This document shows positions 12,460-33,084 of a stretch of 64,000 bases of DNA, in pieces. The position numbers and the translations under genes are program-made. The stretch is from Piromyces finnis finn. Taxonomy: Eukaryota > Fungi > Neocallimastigomycota. The notes beneath the pieces are model-generated. The model made no database searches. It saw nothing but the letters and a program-made list of their open reading frames with translations, and was not told the origin of the DNA. Where the stretch lies: NCBI GenBank assembly GCA_002104945.1, contig MCFH01000011.1, positions 310,001 through 374,000 of the forward strand, in the 5' to 3' direction. Positions within the stretch are counted from its first letter, which is position 1, and every line of letters starts with the position of its first letter.

Positions 12460-14921
12460 ATTTATAACTAAATTTTATTATATTAAAATAATATTCTTTA
12501 TTACTTTATATTTGTGATACAGTTAATTATTTCGATAAATAAAATTGTATTATATTAAAAATTTATTTTAACTAATTTTCTTTCCATATATTTATATTAT
12601 CTATATATTTTATATATATGGTTAATTTAAGGGATAATAATTGTTTAAAAAATAGAGAATAACTATTGGTTAAAAAATTTATCAAATAATTTTAAAAATA
12701 CTATGTATATAATATATTGTATTATATTGTATTATATATTATTTTATGATATAATATATAATAAAAATTTTATTGTAAAAATCTCAATGAGTGGTGAAAA
12801 AAAACCAGTAACAATAACCAGCAGCTTAAATTATTCAATATTTCTTATTTTTATTCTAATACTATTATCACTTTTTTTTTTTTACTAATTACTATTTAAT
12901 TTTTATGTTTATAGCTATTTTTTTTATTATTTTATATACATAATTACTTATAATTAATATATATTTACCTTTTTTTAGTTTGATTATTAAAAATTTTAAG
13001 TGAATCAAAATTATAGAGTATAAAAATATTATTATAAAAAATAAATATTATAAATATAATTATGTTATTTAAATAAATGATCAATATTAATAATATTTTT
13101 TTTACAATTTTATCTTATAATATACCTTGTTTTAAGAGATTTTTAATTAATAAAATTTCTAAACTAAAAAAAAAAAAGAAAAAATTTTACAATTTCCAAT
13201 TTTCAAATGCTTTTTTTTTTTCTGGATCTAAATTAACACATATTAGTTATATTGGTCGAAATTACAGCATCATTAGCCAATTAAATGATTGATCGTACTT
13301 TCCTTCAATTCATAAAATGAAATTAATTAAAAAAAGGAAAAAAAAAATTAATTAAATGAATAAATAACTATATAAATAAATAAATAAGAAGAAATTTAAA
13401 ATTACAAACTTTTATATAATTTACTACAATATGCAAAGTTAAGATTTAAAAAAAAATCAAAAGAATATAGGAATAGAATGTATAAATAACCAATATTTTT
13501 TGTATATGTTGACTTTTTTTAAACTAAAAAATAAAGTTAACTTTTTTTTTTAATTAAAATGAATGGATTTAAAAATTTGTTTAAATTACAATATATGTAA
13601 TATATGTAATATTGGCTATTTTTATATTATTATTATTAATATTACTAATATTTAAACATTAAAAAAAGCCATTAATAATGTTTCATTTTTTTAAAAAAAA
13701 GTTCAAATTATTAATGTAAATATAACGTATACATAGTAATATGTAATTTATTTTTATTTAAATAGTTTTTTAATTGTATTTGCATATTTGCATATATGCA
13801 GGTTTACATTATAATATAGACAAGTGTCTCCAGAAGTTTATTTTTCTTTAAAAAAAAGTAAGCATTAGTTTCTTTTGTTGGTATTTCCAATTTTATTTTT
13901 TTTTTGTGGATACTATTCTTCTTAATAACTCTTACAGAATTTACTTTTAAAAAATATATATTAAAATAAATAATAATGAATTTTTAAAATACAAACATTA
14001 TTCCTAAATATAAAAATATATTATTTATATCAATACGTAATATTCTATGGTTGAATAATAATTAAAAACTAATTGAATTTTACATAAATGATATTATACT
14101 GCTCTACTAATTAGATTTAATAAAAAAATATATATTATTTATTAATGATTATTCATCAAATACATATTAAATATTAAAATATATGATATTTAAGAAAAGA
14201 AAATATACAAAGCATCACCTTCATTTAAAAATATTTAAAGTAGGATAAAAAAAATAATAAAATAAAAACATTACTTTAATAATTAAAACGATGATAATTT
14301 CCACCATATATTTTATTATTTACCCAAAGTCATTACATTTCTAATTGTATATGAATGTAATGTTAATGTCTGATATATAAAAATACATTAAAATATTAAT
14401 ATTATTACATTATATGAATTAGATATATGTCCTAAAATAATAACTGTGATTTAATAAATATAAAATATGATGTATAAAGTTTTTTTTAAAAAAGAAACAA
14501 AATGCCTCCAATAATACCATTTTTAATAATTAGGAATTGTATATATAAAATAAAATAATAAGTTCATAATTACTTATATAGTTTATTTTATATATTAATT
14601 GTTATGTTTACCACAACAACACAATACAACAAGTAAACTACTAAAATTTTTAAATGTCAACTTTTTCATTTATTATAATGAATAATGAAATTTATTTAAT
14701 TTACACATTCATACATTTACTTTATTTTTATTTAAATAAATTAATATATTACAATATACTATAATTAATTTCAATATATGATCAATGATTTCTAAATAAT
14801 AATAAATTAAATTCAAGGTCAACTAATATTACAACATCAAAATATATTAAAATTAAAATTAATCGAATTTATATTTGGATAAATTACTTAACATTAGTTA
14901 ATCGTTGCTTTAAAAAGGAAT

Positions 14922-14957
<36 letters not shown>

Positions 14958-16134
14958 GGATATAAAACAATATTATAAAAAACAAATTGGGTGTGAAGAA
15001 CTTATCTTTTTTTTTTTAAATATTTTTATAATTAAATAAATTAAATACATATAATCTATCAACAGACATAGAACAATTTAATCCAATAGAAAGTATTATT
15101 AAAATATATTTATTCGTACTTGGAATGAAATGAAACAATATACGAAATGTTAACTATAATCATGAAACATGGGATATTTAAAAAAAAATAGAGTAAAAGT
15201 TATTTTGATTCATCTAAAAAATAATATAAATAAAATTACTATTTTTTATAAACTTTTTATAAACCATTTTATTTATTATAACTAAATTTAATATTTATTA
15301 AATAAATATATTCATTTATTATTTATTTAATTATAAAAAACATTACTACCATTATTATGCTAATAAAAATAAATGCTCAATTAAATATCATAATTATCAT
15401 ATTTCAATTAGTTACATAATGATTATTCATCCAAAAGCATCACATTTATTGAATAATAAACCAGATACTTTTTTTTATACATAATTCTGAAATATACAGA
15501 ATTTTAGTTTATTTTTATTTTTATATTTTATAAAAGAAAAAAAAGAAATAGAAATAAAAAAAATTTTAGGGCATAAAATTAATAAAAGAAAATTTCTTAA
15601 AAAAAAAGTCATTGTATTATTAATGTTTGAATTGAAAATATTAAAAAACAATTACAAATTAAAATAAAAATACTTTACTTTTTTTTATTAAACTATTTTA
15701 AAAATGTATTTTTTATATTATAATTTTATTGGTAATATATATTAGTATCATTATTTTCTCTTTATCTTTTTTAATTATCAACCATTTTCTTTTGTTTAAA
15801 CTCAAATTTATCTTTTTGTGTAGAATAAATTTTGAAATTTTAAAATATGAACCAAAGTAGTAATTTTTGAATTTAATAATTTATTAATATTTAAAGTTTT
15901 TAAATTTAAAATTTTCAGAATTAATTGGAATTTATTTTTTAAATTTTCCGAAACATTTCTCTTAATACTATCATAATCTTTTTAAATCTTTTATATCTTT
16001 ATTTCAATATTTAATTTGATATAAATGCACAATATCATTATTACAATGTTACAACAATACTAATAGCAATATTATAGAAATAATTTAAATACTAATGAAT
16101 ATTATTTATTAAAAAAAATATTATATATTAAAAT

Positions 16135-22147
<6,013 letters not shown>

Positions 22148-22973
22148 GCTATTACTATAACTAACATTTTATTTTTTGAATATCAATTTGCTTATTTTTA
22201 ATAATTAAAATTAGTCTCTGGATAAAAATAGTATAAAATTAAATATTATAACATTTCTTTTTATTTATAAATGATATTATTTATTGAGTGATAATAATAA
22301 TTAACTCTACTACAATAAATTATCAGATTAAATATAATAATTCCAATCCATACTATCTTTCATTATACTAATAATATTAAAGAAAAATGTATAATATAAT
22401 AAATAATAATAAAAAAAATTAAAAAATAATTAATTTCATGTTTTATACAATTTTTAGGTTTTCTTTCTTTTTAATATTATATTATTATATACATATATAA
22501 TGATTTAATAATATTATTATATCAATATATTATATTAATATTATATCCTAACACTCTTTTAATTAAATAAAAAAAACATAAAACAATTTGAATACTTTTG
22601 ATAAAAAAAATTTTTTACAAACTTTATTTACTAGCTATATAAATGTCAAACTACTATATAAGTATTAAATTGATTATCTATCAAGTTTTAATGATTAAAA
22701 AAAATAATATAAAAGTGTACTTTTTTATTTTTATTTGTATTGTATTTTATATTTGAGCTTAAATATAATAAAATAATAAATAAAAAAAATAATTCATTTT
22801 TTTAACATTTTTTTTAATCAGAGAAAATAAATATTAAAAGAAATATTTATATATATATATATATTTTTCTTTTTTTCTTTTTCTATAATATATTCATTTA
22901 TTTTTATATTTTTATAATATATAATAGTTTGGTTAATAAAATATTTCATTATTATTATTTTTTTTTAACATAC

Positions 22974-24170
22974 ATGTATCAAATACTTGGATTTACATTT
23001 TTAATATTTGGTATTTTAATTGGTAATAATAAAAAAAGAAGAAAAAAAAAATTTTTTTTATTTAATATTTAAAATTTTAATGAATAGGAAATATTAATTT
23101 TATATTATATTATTTATATTTATTACATTAATTTTAGGTAAATCGTTAACTAATTACAATTCTATAACAATTAATTCAACATCAAAAAATATCACTGAAT
23201 TTAAATCTAATAGGAAAGCCCCGGTATTTACAGATTGCTTAAAACCTGGACAAGTTGTTTTAACCTGTAATATATTAATATATATATAAATATGTATTAT
23301 TTTTATTAGAGTAAAAAAAATGGAATAATTTAAATTATTATATATAAATAATCTTATTATATTTTAACAACTATAGTTGATGATGGACCTAATCCTGAAA
23401 CTACCCCAATAGCTTTAGAAATGTTAAAAAAATTTAAAATTAAAGCTACTTTTTTTATGAATGGTATAAATTATGGTAATCTTGAAACAGATCCTACATC
23501 TATTGAATTAGTTAAAAAAGTGTATTTAGAAGGTCATGATATTGGATCCCATACGTATTATCATAAAGATTTGTTTCAGGCATTAAAAGATAATACTATG
23601 AAATTTAATATTGAAAAAATGTCCATGGCTCTCTATCAAATTTTAGGGAAAAAACCAGCATTCTTTAGGCCTCCTAATGGCAACGGTGGATATGAAGAAG
23701 TTGATCCTATAGAAAAGGAAATGAACGATATCATACAAAAATATTTAGGTTCTCAAGGCTATAATATCATTATGTGGAGTGCGGATACTAATGATTGGAA
23801 ATTTAAAGATGATATAGATGCAATAATACAACACTTAAACGATGAACTTCAAACAGCCAATGCATCGCCTCAAACTCATAGTTTTATTACTTTATTACAT
23901 GATGTACACCCAACTACTGTTAATATAGTACTTCCTAAGGTAATAATGTATTTTCAAAATCTTGGGTATACCTTTGTATCACTTTCTGAGTGTATTGGTG
24001 TATCACCATATCAAGACATAATTAATTCTACAAATTCGGAGTTAATTACCCTCAAGAAAGATTTTAATTTTATTTCATCAACATCAAAGTCTATTAAAAG
24101 CAAATTAATTATTCTTAAAGATATTATTATTTCAATATTAATTTTTGTTTTTTATCGATATTCCCAATAA
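22974..24170 (+). CDS. Polysaccharide (chitin) deacetylase, CE4/NodB family, secreted, with a C-terminal hydrophobic anchor (GPI-like), 3 exons
   Basis: Signal-like MYQILGFTFLIFGILIG (ATG 22974). Motif 1 LT-FDDGP is split by an intron. Other motifs: KATFF, GHDIGSHTYYH, FFRPPNG, WSADTNDW, LLHD, GYTFVSLSEC. A Ser/Thr spacer precedes a hydrophobic tail (LIILKDIIISILIFVFY). Confidence 0.9.
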
Positions 24171-25740
24171 TAATTTTTTTAATGAAATAAATATTAAAAA
24201 AAATTTTTCACATATCTTTTTCTTTCTAAAAAAAAAAAACTATATATATAATAAATTATTATTGATTTGAATTATCGTACATTATTATTTTTATAATTAT
24301 TATCATCGAGTGTAGTTATTTAAAAAAAAAAAAAAAAAAAAGCAAAAAACAATAAATAAATAAATAATAATTATAATAATAAAAATTTGTGATATATTCA
24401 TTACATATATTTTAGTAAAATGAAAAAGTTTTAATTTACATTTTTTCTTTAAGAGATAGTACAAATCATGAAAATTTCTTGGACATTATCAAATATTAAG
24501 ATATTTGTCATTTTATAAATAAAATTGAAAATTGATTTTATTTCAAAAAAAAAAAAATAGTAAAATAAATTATTATTTATAAATTATTTCTACTATTTAT
24601 CTAAAATTCTATATATAATATTTAATGTATAGAAATAGATCATTTTATATTCTAATGTTTTACTATTTTTTACATTGATATTGATAAATATAATGATATA
24701 TTATTTATTTAATTACCTTAAAATAATAATGACAGTTCATATTTTTTGTATCTTTAAAAAATAGAACATTTTTATAATAGAATATTCTAAATTTATATTA
24801 ACTTTTAATTTATTTATTTTATATAAAATAATCAAACTTTTTTAATTATTAATTATTGAAATATGATCAAAAATACTCATAATATTTAGTAATAGTTTAA
24901 AAATACTATTTTATAGTCATTCAATTAAAAAAGTAAAAAACCTTAATACGACTAGAAAGAATTATAAATGTTGATTCATCCTCACATAATAATCAATATA
25001 TAGAAAGATTAAAAAGTTTTATGTGTAGTTTTTAAATTGTTAATTTAATTTATTGAAAAAATATATTAAATTAGCAGCTTGCATGTAAATTTTCTACTTT
25101 TTATGATCCAGGAATGCAGCTAATAAACTATAAATGGAAGACTTTTTTACTTACATTTTGCTATTTAAACTACTAAAAATCATTGTTCATGCATATTCTT
25201 AGAACATGTGAATTACTAATACATTACCAATTATTATTGATATATAATTACTTTTAACAAATATAATTAATAAATATTTTCTATTCTTATTTCATTTTAG
25301 AAATTTAGAAATTACATCTATATAATTTTTTTTTCATTATTAAAAATAAAAAATATACAAGATAAAATAATTATTTCTTTAAAAAATCAAATTTAATATT
25401 ATATTATATAATTCTTTTTTTATATTAATATATATTATATATGTGTCTTATACTAAATATTTTTTAATTACAAATATAATAATATTACACATATCAAAGA
25501 AATATATATTAAGTAACAGCTATAAAATAATATAATCTCTAAAATTAGACAACTCTTAATACAAAATTATTTCTATTATAAATAATAATTTTTTCTTTTT
25601 TTCTGTTAAAAGGTTAAATATTTAAATATTAAAAAAGCTTAATGTACAATTATTTATTATTTAATTTAATTAAATGATCCATTTAAATTTTTATTAATAT
25701 ATATATCTTTTAAAAATTAAATAAATAAAAAAATAGATAA

Positions 25741-27593
25741 ATGGGTGTACCGAAAATTCCTAAAGCAATTGCAAAGGCATTAAAAGATTATAACAATGAA
25801 ATTGAAGTATTTTCCACTAATTCAGTTAGTGGAGGTTGTATTAATGAAGCTTTTCACTATGTAACCAATAAAGGTGATTTCTTTGTTAAAGTAATTTTTG
25901 ACCATGAACAAATTTATTTTATTTTCTTTTATAAATTATATTTTCATACTTTCATACACAACTATATAAATAATTATATTATAATATAAACGCTTTTTTT
26001 CTTTTTCTTTTTCTTTTCTAAAAAACATTATGTAAAAATATGATTTTAACTTTTTTTTTAAAAAATATTCTCATATATATAAACATTATTAAAAATTAAA
26101 ATTACAAACAATAATTTTATTTTTTTTTTTTTTTATTAAAAAATAAATAACAATGCTGATTCAAAAAAACAAACAAACAAACAAAAAAAAAAAAACAATT
26201 TAAATAACAAACCCATAACTATTGTATAACAAGATAAATAAAAGTAATGATGCCTATGATATGTTTATGGCAGAGAGTAAAGGTCTCGAAGAAATTAATC
26301 GTGCCGTTCCAGATTTTGGTCCAAAACCAATTTACTTTGACTATTTAAATGAAAATAAAAAAGGAGGTGCTTTCCTTATTACTACCTACATTCATCTTAC
26401 TTCAAGTAGTTCTCGTGAAATTCAAGTTGAATTAGCAAAGCGTTTAGCTAAAATGCATACTTTTGTTCCACTTAATTTAAAGTATGGTTTTAGCGTTTCT
26501 ACTATGTGTGGTAGTACTCGCCAAGATAATTTTTATGAAGAAAGTTGGGTTGAATTTCTTAAAAAAAGAAGATTTATACCAATTATTCATCATTGTATTA
26601 GTGTTTCCAGTAATCCAAAAAAATTAAAGGAAAAAGGTGACTTTTTAATTAAAAATTTAGATATCTTATTTAAAGACTATGTTCCACAACCAGGTCTTAT
26701 CCATGGTGATTTATGTAAGAGAATAATATATATTTATTGAATTTTGAAATGTATATTTATAAATATAGAATCAATGTATAATTCAATTCATTTAATTTAT
26801 TTTTAAAAAATTAATAATTTATTATATAATTTATATTAAAACTTTTTTTTTTTTTTTTTTTTTAAAAAAATATATTAATATATTATTATTTATATAATAT
26901 AAATACTTTCAGGGAGTGGTAATTGGGGTGTTAACTCAAGTAAGTTGAAAAGCTTTTTTAAATGTTATTAGTAAATATACTATTTACCAATAGCATAAAT
27001 ATTTGCAGTATATAAAACTAAAATATATATATATATAAATTAAAAGTATGAAAAAAAAAATTTATTTAAACAATATTAATATTTTTTTTTACTTTTACAA
27101 CCAGAAACTGGAAAACCTGTTATTTTTGATCCAGCTGTAACTTTTGTAAGTAAAAAAAAAAAAAAAAAATTAATCCTAATTTACAATGTAATATCATTTC
27201 ATTTCTAAATAATTATTTTTAACTTTTTTTTTTTTTTTAAAAAAAAATAAAGGGTGACCATGAATATGAATTAGGTATAATGCGTATGTTTGGTGGTTTT
27301 GGATCATGTAAGAGCTTTTTTTTTTTTTGGATATATTAACATTTAATAAAATATATTAAATATATATATATATTTTTTATAAATATATTTATATAGACTT
27401 TTACGAAGAATATTTCAAACATTTCCCAAAGAAAAAAGGTTTTGAAATGCGTATGAATTTATATGAACTTTATCACCATCTTAATCATATGCACCTTTTC
27501 GGTAGTGGTTATGAATCATCAGCTATGGCATTACTTTACGTAATTAATAAGCATATTGAAACAGCATTAAATGAATCTGATTATATATATTGA
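25741..27593 (+). CDS. FN3K: Fructosamine/ketosamine-3-kinase, 6 exons
   Basis: VSGGCINEAF, FFVK, MFMAESKGLEEI, LAKRLAKMH, YGFSVSTMCGSTRQDN, GLIHGDL-WSGNW, PVIFDPAVTF-GDHEYELGIMRMFGGF, RMNLYELYHHLNH...FGSGY. All splice phases are consistent. Confidence 0.9.
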
Positions 27594-28152
27594 AATAATA
27601 ACACTTAAAAACACAAACTTGCTTTTATGTAGATTGTAAAAAAAAAAAAAAAAAAATTAATAAAATCTATAATAGTTTATTTTTATAGTAGTTACTTTAT
27701 ATTTTTATTAATTAAATATTTATATTTTAAAGTTTCAATAATTTCTTTTTTTTTTATTTCTTTATTGTTATTGTTTAATTTTATAAATATTAATTTGTTT
27801 TTTGTAATAATAAACAAAAACAAAATAAATACAATTATATACATAGAATTAAAAAATCATCTAAATTACTATTATAAAATAATTTAATTTTTTATTATTC
27901 TTTTTTTTTTTTTTTGAAATATATTTAATAATCTATATGCTTTATTAGTATTATTATTTAATTTTTTATGATTAATCTTATTCCTTTCTAAATAATAATA
28001 ATTATAAAAATAAATAAAACCTTTATTATAAATAATTAATTCCTAAAATATATTAAATAATCTAGCATAATGATTTTATAAATATATTATTATATGTTTG
28101 AATAAATCAAAAGTTCGATAGGGTAAAAAATTATTTTGTAATTATTATTTTT

Positions 28153-29298
28153 TTAATACATCTTGTTGAATCTTCCTCCTCCGTTTGAAGCATTACTATA
28201 GAAATCAAGATTATTTCTTTGAGGTGATGATCCGTAAGATGCATTTGTGAAAAAATCAAAGTTATTTCTTTGTGGTGATGTACTATAACTCAAAGAAGCA
28301 TTATTGTAGAAATCTTGAAGTGTAGTGTTTTGAATACTACTATTAATATAAGTAATATTAGTATCATTATATGAATAATCATATGGGGCAATATTTGAAA
28401 TAGTAGAATGTTGTGATCTGTTGGTACTATGATTACGTGAAGAATGTGAATGTTGAGAAGTGTATGATTTACCTTCATTAGAATTATTTAATGTTGAATT
28501 CTTTGATCCACTATTGTTTCCAAATACATATCTACTGTTGTAATGATCAGTAGCTTTTATTTTATAAGTAATTTGGTTTCTAGAATTTCTTGCATTTTTT
28601 GAGTTCTTTTCGTTTGCTTTCTTTATCATTTTTATACCATAAACAATTAAACCGGTAATAATGATTACACCAGTAATACCAGCAAAAACTAAGAAAAGTG
28701 GGACACCATTATTATCTTTAGCCTATTTAAAATTATTTTATTATTTACAAATTAATATTTTATTCTTTATATTATTTTAAACTTTTTTTTTTTAATATTT
28801 TTATTTACTTTGTAAAATACTTACACCTTCCTTTTGAGCACGAGTTTGACCAGCTTTAGAAGTTTCATCAATTTGAAACTTTGCATTTATTGGAATTTTT
28901 AAATCATTACTATTTTCTATATTTTTATCTTCAACAATTTGTGTTTCATTTAAAATACCAATTATACATTTTATATCTTCTCCTTTTTCTTCATATTTAT
29001 AAAAAACACTATCTGGTTCATTATTAAATATATTTAAACATTCTTCTTTTGATATGCTTGTTTTTATTATTTTTTGATTAAATATGGTATTATCTTCTAT
29101 TTTGTCATAAAAATAACAAAGATTTGTACTTTTGTGGTATTCTACTACTTTGCAATTTGAAATTATTTTATTACAATAAGTGAAACATTCCTTTGGGTCA
29201 ATAACCTTTTCTTGTTTAACATCATTCATATGTTGGATATGCATTTTTGACAAATTTTTTTGTTGTTGTTTTTGTTTTAAATAAAAATTATATTTAAT
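28153..29298 (-). CDS. Predicted single-pass membrane protein with PAN/apple-like Cys ectodomain and Ser/Asn-rich tail. 5' exon not identified
   Basis: ORF 28801-29253 carries ECFTYCNKIISNCKVVEYHKSTNLCYFY. A GTAAGT donor after ...QKEG joins in phase 0 to AKDNNGVPLFLVFAGITGVIIITGLIVYGIKMIKK (TM helix plus basic stop-transfer), which continues into ORF 28153-28629. Confidence 0.62.
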
Positions 29299-30336
29299 CT
29301 TTAATTTTTTATTTATTTATTCCTTTAAATTATTAATGTTGTTTATATTAAATTGTATTATATTATTAACTCTATAATTTTTTTTAAATTAAATAATTTA
29401 CTATACAGATTAAAATATTAAAATCTATAAATGACATTTAAACTTTTATTATATATGTTTAATAGGTATGTTTTTTTTTTAATCCTTATTTTTTTTTTTT
29501 TTTTACTTTTTTTGAAATAAAAATATAACTGGTTTAATGTTAAAGAAATTGTAATTTTGTAATATTTCTATCATTAAATTCTTCAAAAATTTGTTTTTTG
29601 GATTTACTTCAATAATCTCATTTCCTTCCCCTCTATACCTAATTTTTTTTTTTTTAAGGAAATAAAATAAATACAAAAATCAGAGAAACCGTTTTTCTTT
29701 TATATCTATTATAATTTTTTAATTATGTTCCATATTAATTAATTATAACAATAAACAATGGAACTAATTTTTGAAAAAATGATATAATTTTATTTAATAT
29801 AGAATTTATTAAATTACACAAATAAAGTATAAAACAAGAATTATTATATAATAAAGTTATATATCGTGAGGGATAGCATGGCATAATATATGAATTAATA
29901 TATTCACAATACCATTAAATAATTTTATTAATATATATTTTGAAAAATTTTTTACAATAATATAGTAGGTTAGAAAACAGAAATTGCTTTTCTAACTAAA
30001 AGTTTTGCTGTAAATGAATTAATTATGACTATTTAATAATTTATTATATTATATAAATTATACTATTAGAAAATTAATTATTAATCATAAGCAATAAATT
30101 ATTTTATTTCTTATTCAATATTATACGTAAATAAAACAAGGTATAATTTATATATATAAAATAATTTTTTATAAAGATATTTATTATATAAAATTTTATA
30201 TTTATTTTTATATAAAATAAAAACCAAAAATAACAATAAAATTTAATAGGATCAGTTATGAATTCCATATTAAATTAAATAGAAAAAAAAGTTTATAATA
30301 TTTTGATTTTTTAAAAATGAAATCTGTAAATCTTTA

Positions 30337-30427
30337 ATAAATGAAAACAATTAATTCAAATATATATTAATAGTTATTTGAATATATTTATTATAAATGA
30401 AAACAATAAATTCAAATATATATTAAT
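30337..30427. repeat. 35-bp direct repeat x2 (56-bp period, 1 mismatch), intergenic
   Basis: ATAAATGAAAACAAT(T/A)AATTCAAATATATATTAAT at 30337 and 30393. Confidence 0.75.
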
Positions 30428-32894
30428 TATTATAAAAAAAATAAAATTCACAAAAGAAATAAAAAAAACTTTATTATATAATATTATATTTTACCTGCTC
30501 TATTTTTATTGGTTATTTAATTTAAATGGATAAAATTAATTAATTTTATTATTTATTAAGATTTAGTTTCACAGAAATATTATTGGATATAATTGTTACA
30601 TAAGTTTTTAAATTAATGTTACTAAAGCAAAATAAAATAATATATCTATAATATATACGTTTGAATATAAAACAAAATGTTTTTGATGTATTAAACCTTT
30701 TTTAATATTAAATTTTTATATACAATCTACCAGGTATTTTTTATAAAAGTCTAGATTGAAAATAAAGATGGAGAATTTTTTTTTGTGAAAGTATATGAGC
30801 AAATTTATTTGGTTTGGACAGAATTTATACTTTTATTCTTTTTTTTTCATATTAAATATATTTATTTCAATAATATTGTAAAAAAAAAACTATTTTAAAT
30901 AAAAAAAAGTTATTCATTTTTTATATTAATAACCTTTTATAAATCAATTTTTTTTAACTATTATTATCCTGTTATTTCATAACAAAATACTTAGAATGAA
31001 ACCTTTATATATATGGAATAATATGGTTTCAATTTATTTCTATTTTAATATATAAAATTAAATAACAATAAATCATAATCATTACTATAATAAATTTTAA
31101 ATAGAATAAAGTTTTAAAAAAAAAATAGCCTATAAATTTAATTTATTCCAATAATATTTTATTTTCCTGTAAACTTTTTTGTTATTCCAAAAATCATATG
31201 GTTTTTTTTTTATATTTAATAGGTTAATATAAAAAAAAAAAGAGATTAAATCAAATGTTAATAAAGAAATAATTTATAGTATATTTTATTTAATTAACAA
31301 AATAAACCCATTTTTAATCTATCATTATAATATCTACCATTGAACTATATTATTATAAAACAACAATAAAAATATCTCAATATTACTTTTTAAATATTTG
31401 TATAAATTTCTAAAATAAATAAAAAAGAACTATAAAACATTAATATATAATGTTTATTATATAATAAATTTTATTAGAATATTAATAATTAAAATTTATT
31501 TTGTGTTCCAAATACCATTGAATCGTTTAATTTCAATAATGAAACTATTAGTTACACAAATTTCATTATAACTTGAAAAAAAAAAAAAACAAAAAGGTTT
31601 TTTAACACTAAAAAAAAAAAAAAAGTATTTTCATTTTAATAAGATGATTTAACTAAACACTAGTAATAAATATAAAAAGTAAATATTAACTAGAGTAAAA
31701 AATTATAAAAGCAAGATAATTTTACCTTTGAAAGAAAATTAATATTCCATCATAAATTTTATTTTTAAATAAACAAAAAAAAAAAAAAAAAAAAGATTTA
31801 TTAAAATTTCATTCGACCAATAATTATGTAAAGAATAAAGAAATTTAATAAAATTTTACTCCAATTACTAACGATAAATGTAGTGATAAAAGGGCTTTAT
31901 TTTATTATCCATTTAAAATATTTAAACTATATAAATTAATGAAAATGATGGTAAATAACTATTTTATATTAAAAAAAAAAGCGGTATTTTTAGATGAAAG
32001 GACAAGTATATTTTTTTTTCTTACTTTAATCTTTAGTACAGCATTGTTCATTAAATAATAATATTATTATATCATTTTTCTAATAAATAATGCTTAATTT
32101 ATGGCTTTTTTTTTTAATAGGTATCTAAAAAAAAACAACATATTTTAATGTACTGCTGAATATAAATTTTGATTAATTTTTTGTTAATAATATAAAATTC
32201 AATAGTGTCTACTTTTCGTAATAATCAACTATCATATAAAATAGTAATTATTTGTTATATATAACCTTAAAAATCTGTTTTTAATTATGAATAATACTTA
32301 AAATTGAAACACATATCTTTTAACAATTTATAAAATTATCTGTAGATGAATTTAAATTATTTTTTTTTTTTTTTTAATTTATAAAACTACAACCAAGAAA
32401 AATACTTTGCATTTTTCTTATTGTTCATGATGTATTGTATCCTTTACTTTGCCTGGCTGAAATTATACCAAAGGTCCAATTTCCTCTGGCTAGAAAGTCT
32501 GGCTAAATCCTTCCAAAAAGTAAGATAAAGTATAAATCATCAATGATGCCGTTCTATTACATAATTAAAATTTATTAGTTAATCATTATTAAAAAACTAA
32601 TAAATTTTTTTTTTTTTTGTAAAATTTACTTATTAATATTTAGGTTGTACAATCATTTCAAAGGTAATTAAATTAACATTATTCCACTTTTTAATCCAAT
32701 AATCATAAAGAAAGTGGATATTTTGTGTAAGTAAAATTTTTTATATCAACTTTAATTTATATTAAAAAACTAAATTTTAATAATTAAAATTGAAGTCAAT
32801 GATTTAAATAAGAATTAGTGATTTTAATTTAATTTTTGATTAAAATAATAAATACATTTGGCCATATAACAACAACTAAATCTTTATAAAGCGC

Positions 32895-32897
<3 letters not shown>

Positions 32898-32990
<93 letters not shown>

Positions 32991-32997
32991 TATTATA

Positions 32998-33054
<57 letters not shown>

Positions 33055-33084
33055 GTTGTTGTTGTTGTTGTTGTTGTATTATTA
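32898..33084. repeat. Compound (ATT)n-(GTT)n microsatellite, intergenic
   Basis: About 155 bp of ATT repeats with few interruptions, followed by about 8 GTT units. Confidence 0.95.

Noticed and set aside
12703-13292. ORFs 12703-12888 and 13077-13292 (likewise 4834-5043, 43050-43232, 56074-56259, 60126-60455)
   Set aside because: They are I/F/Y/L/K-rich translations of AT-rich non-coding or antisense DNA, with no motifs or splice support.
30760-30815. NKDGEFFFVKVYEQIY resembling the FN3K exon 1/intron 1 boundary (NKGDFFVK|..HEQIY)
   Set aside because: The match is short and low-complexity and the flanks do not align. Chance similarity is more likely than a partial duplication.
31852-32030. 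Stop-free stretch PITNDKCSDKRALFYY...
   Set aside because: It has no start codon or splice model, and open stretches of this length are expected occasionally in this much AT-rich DNA.
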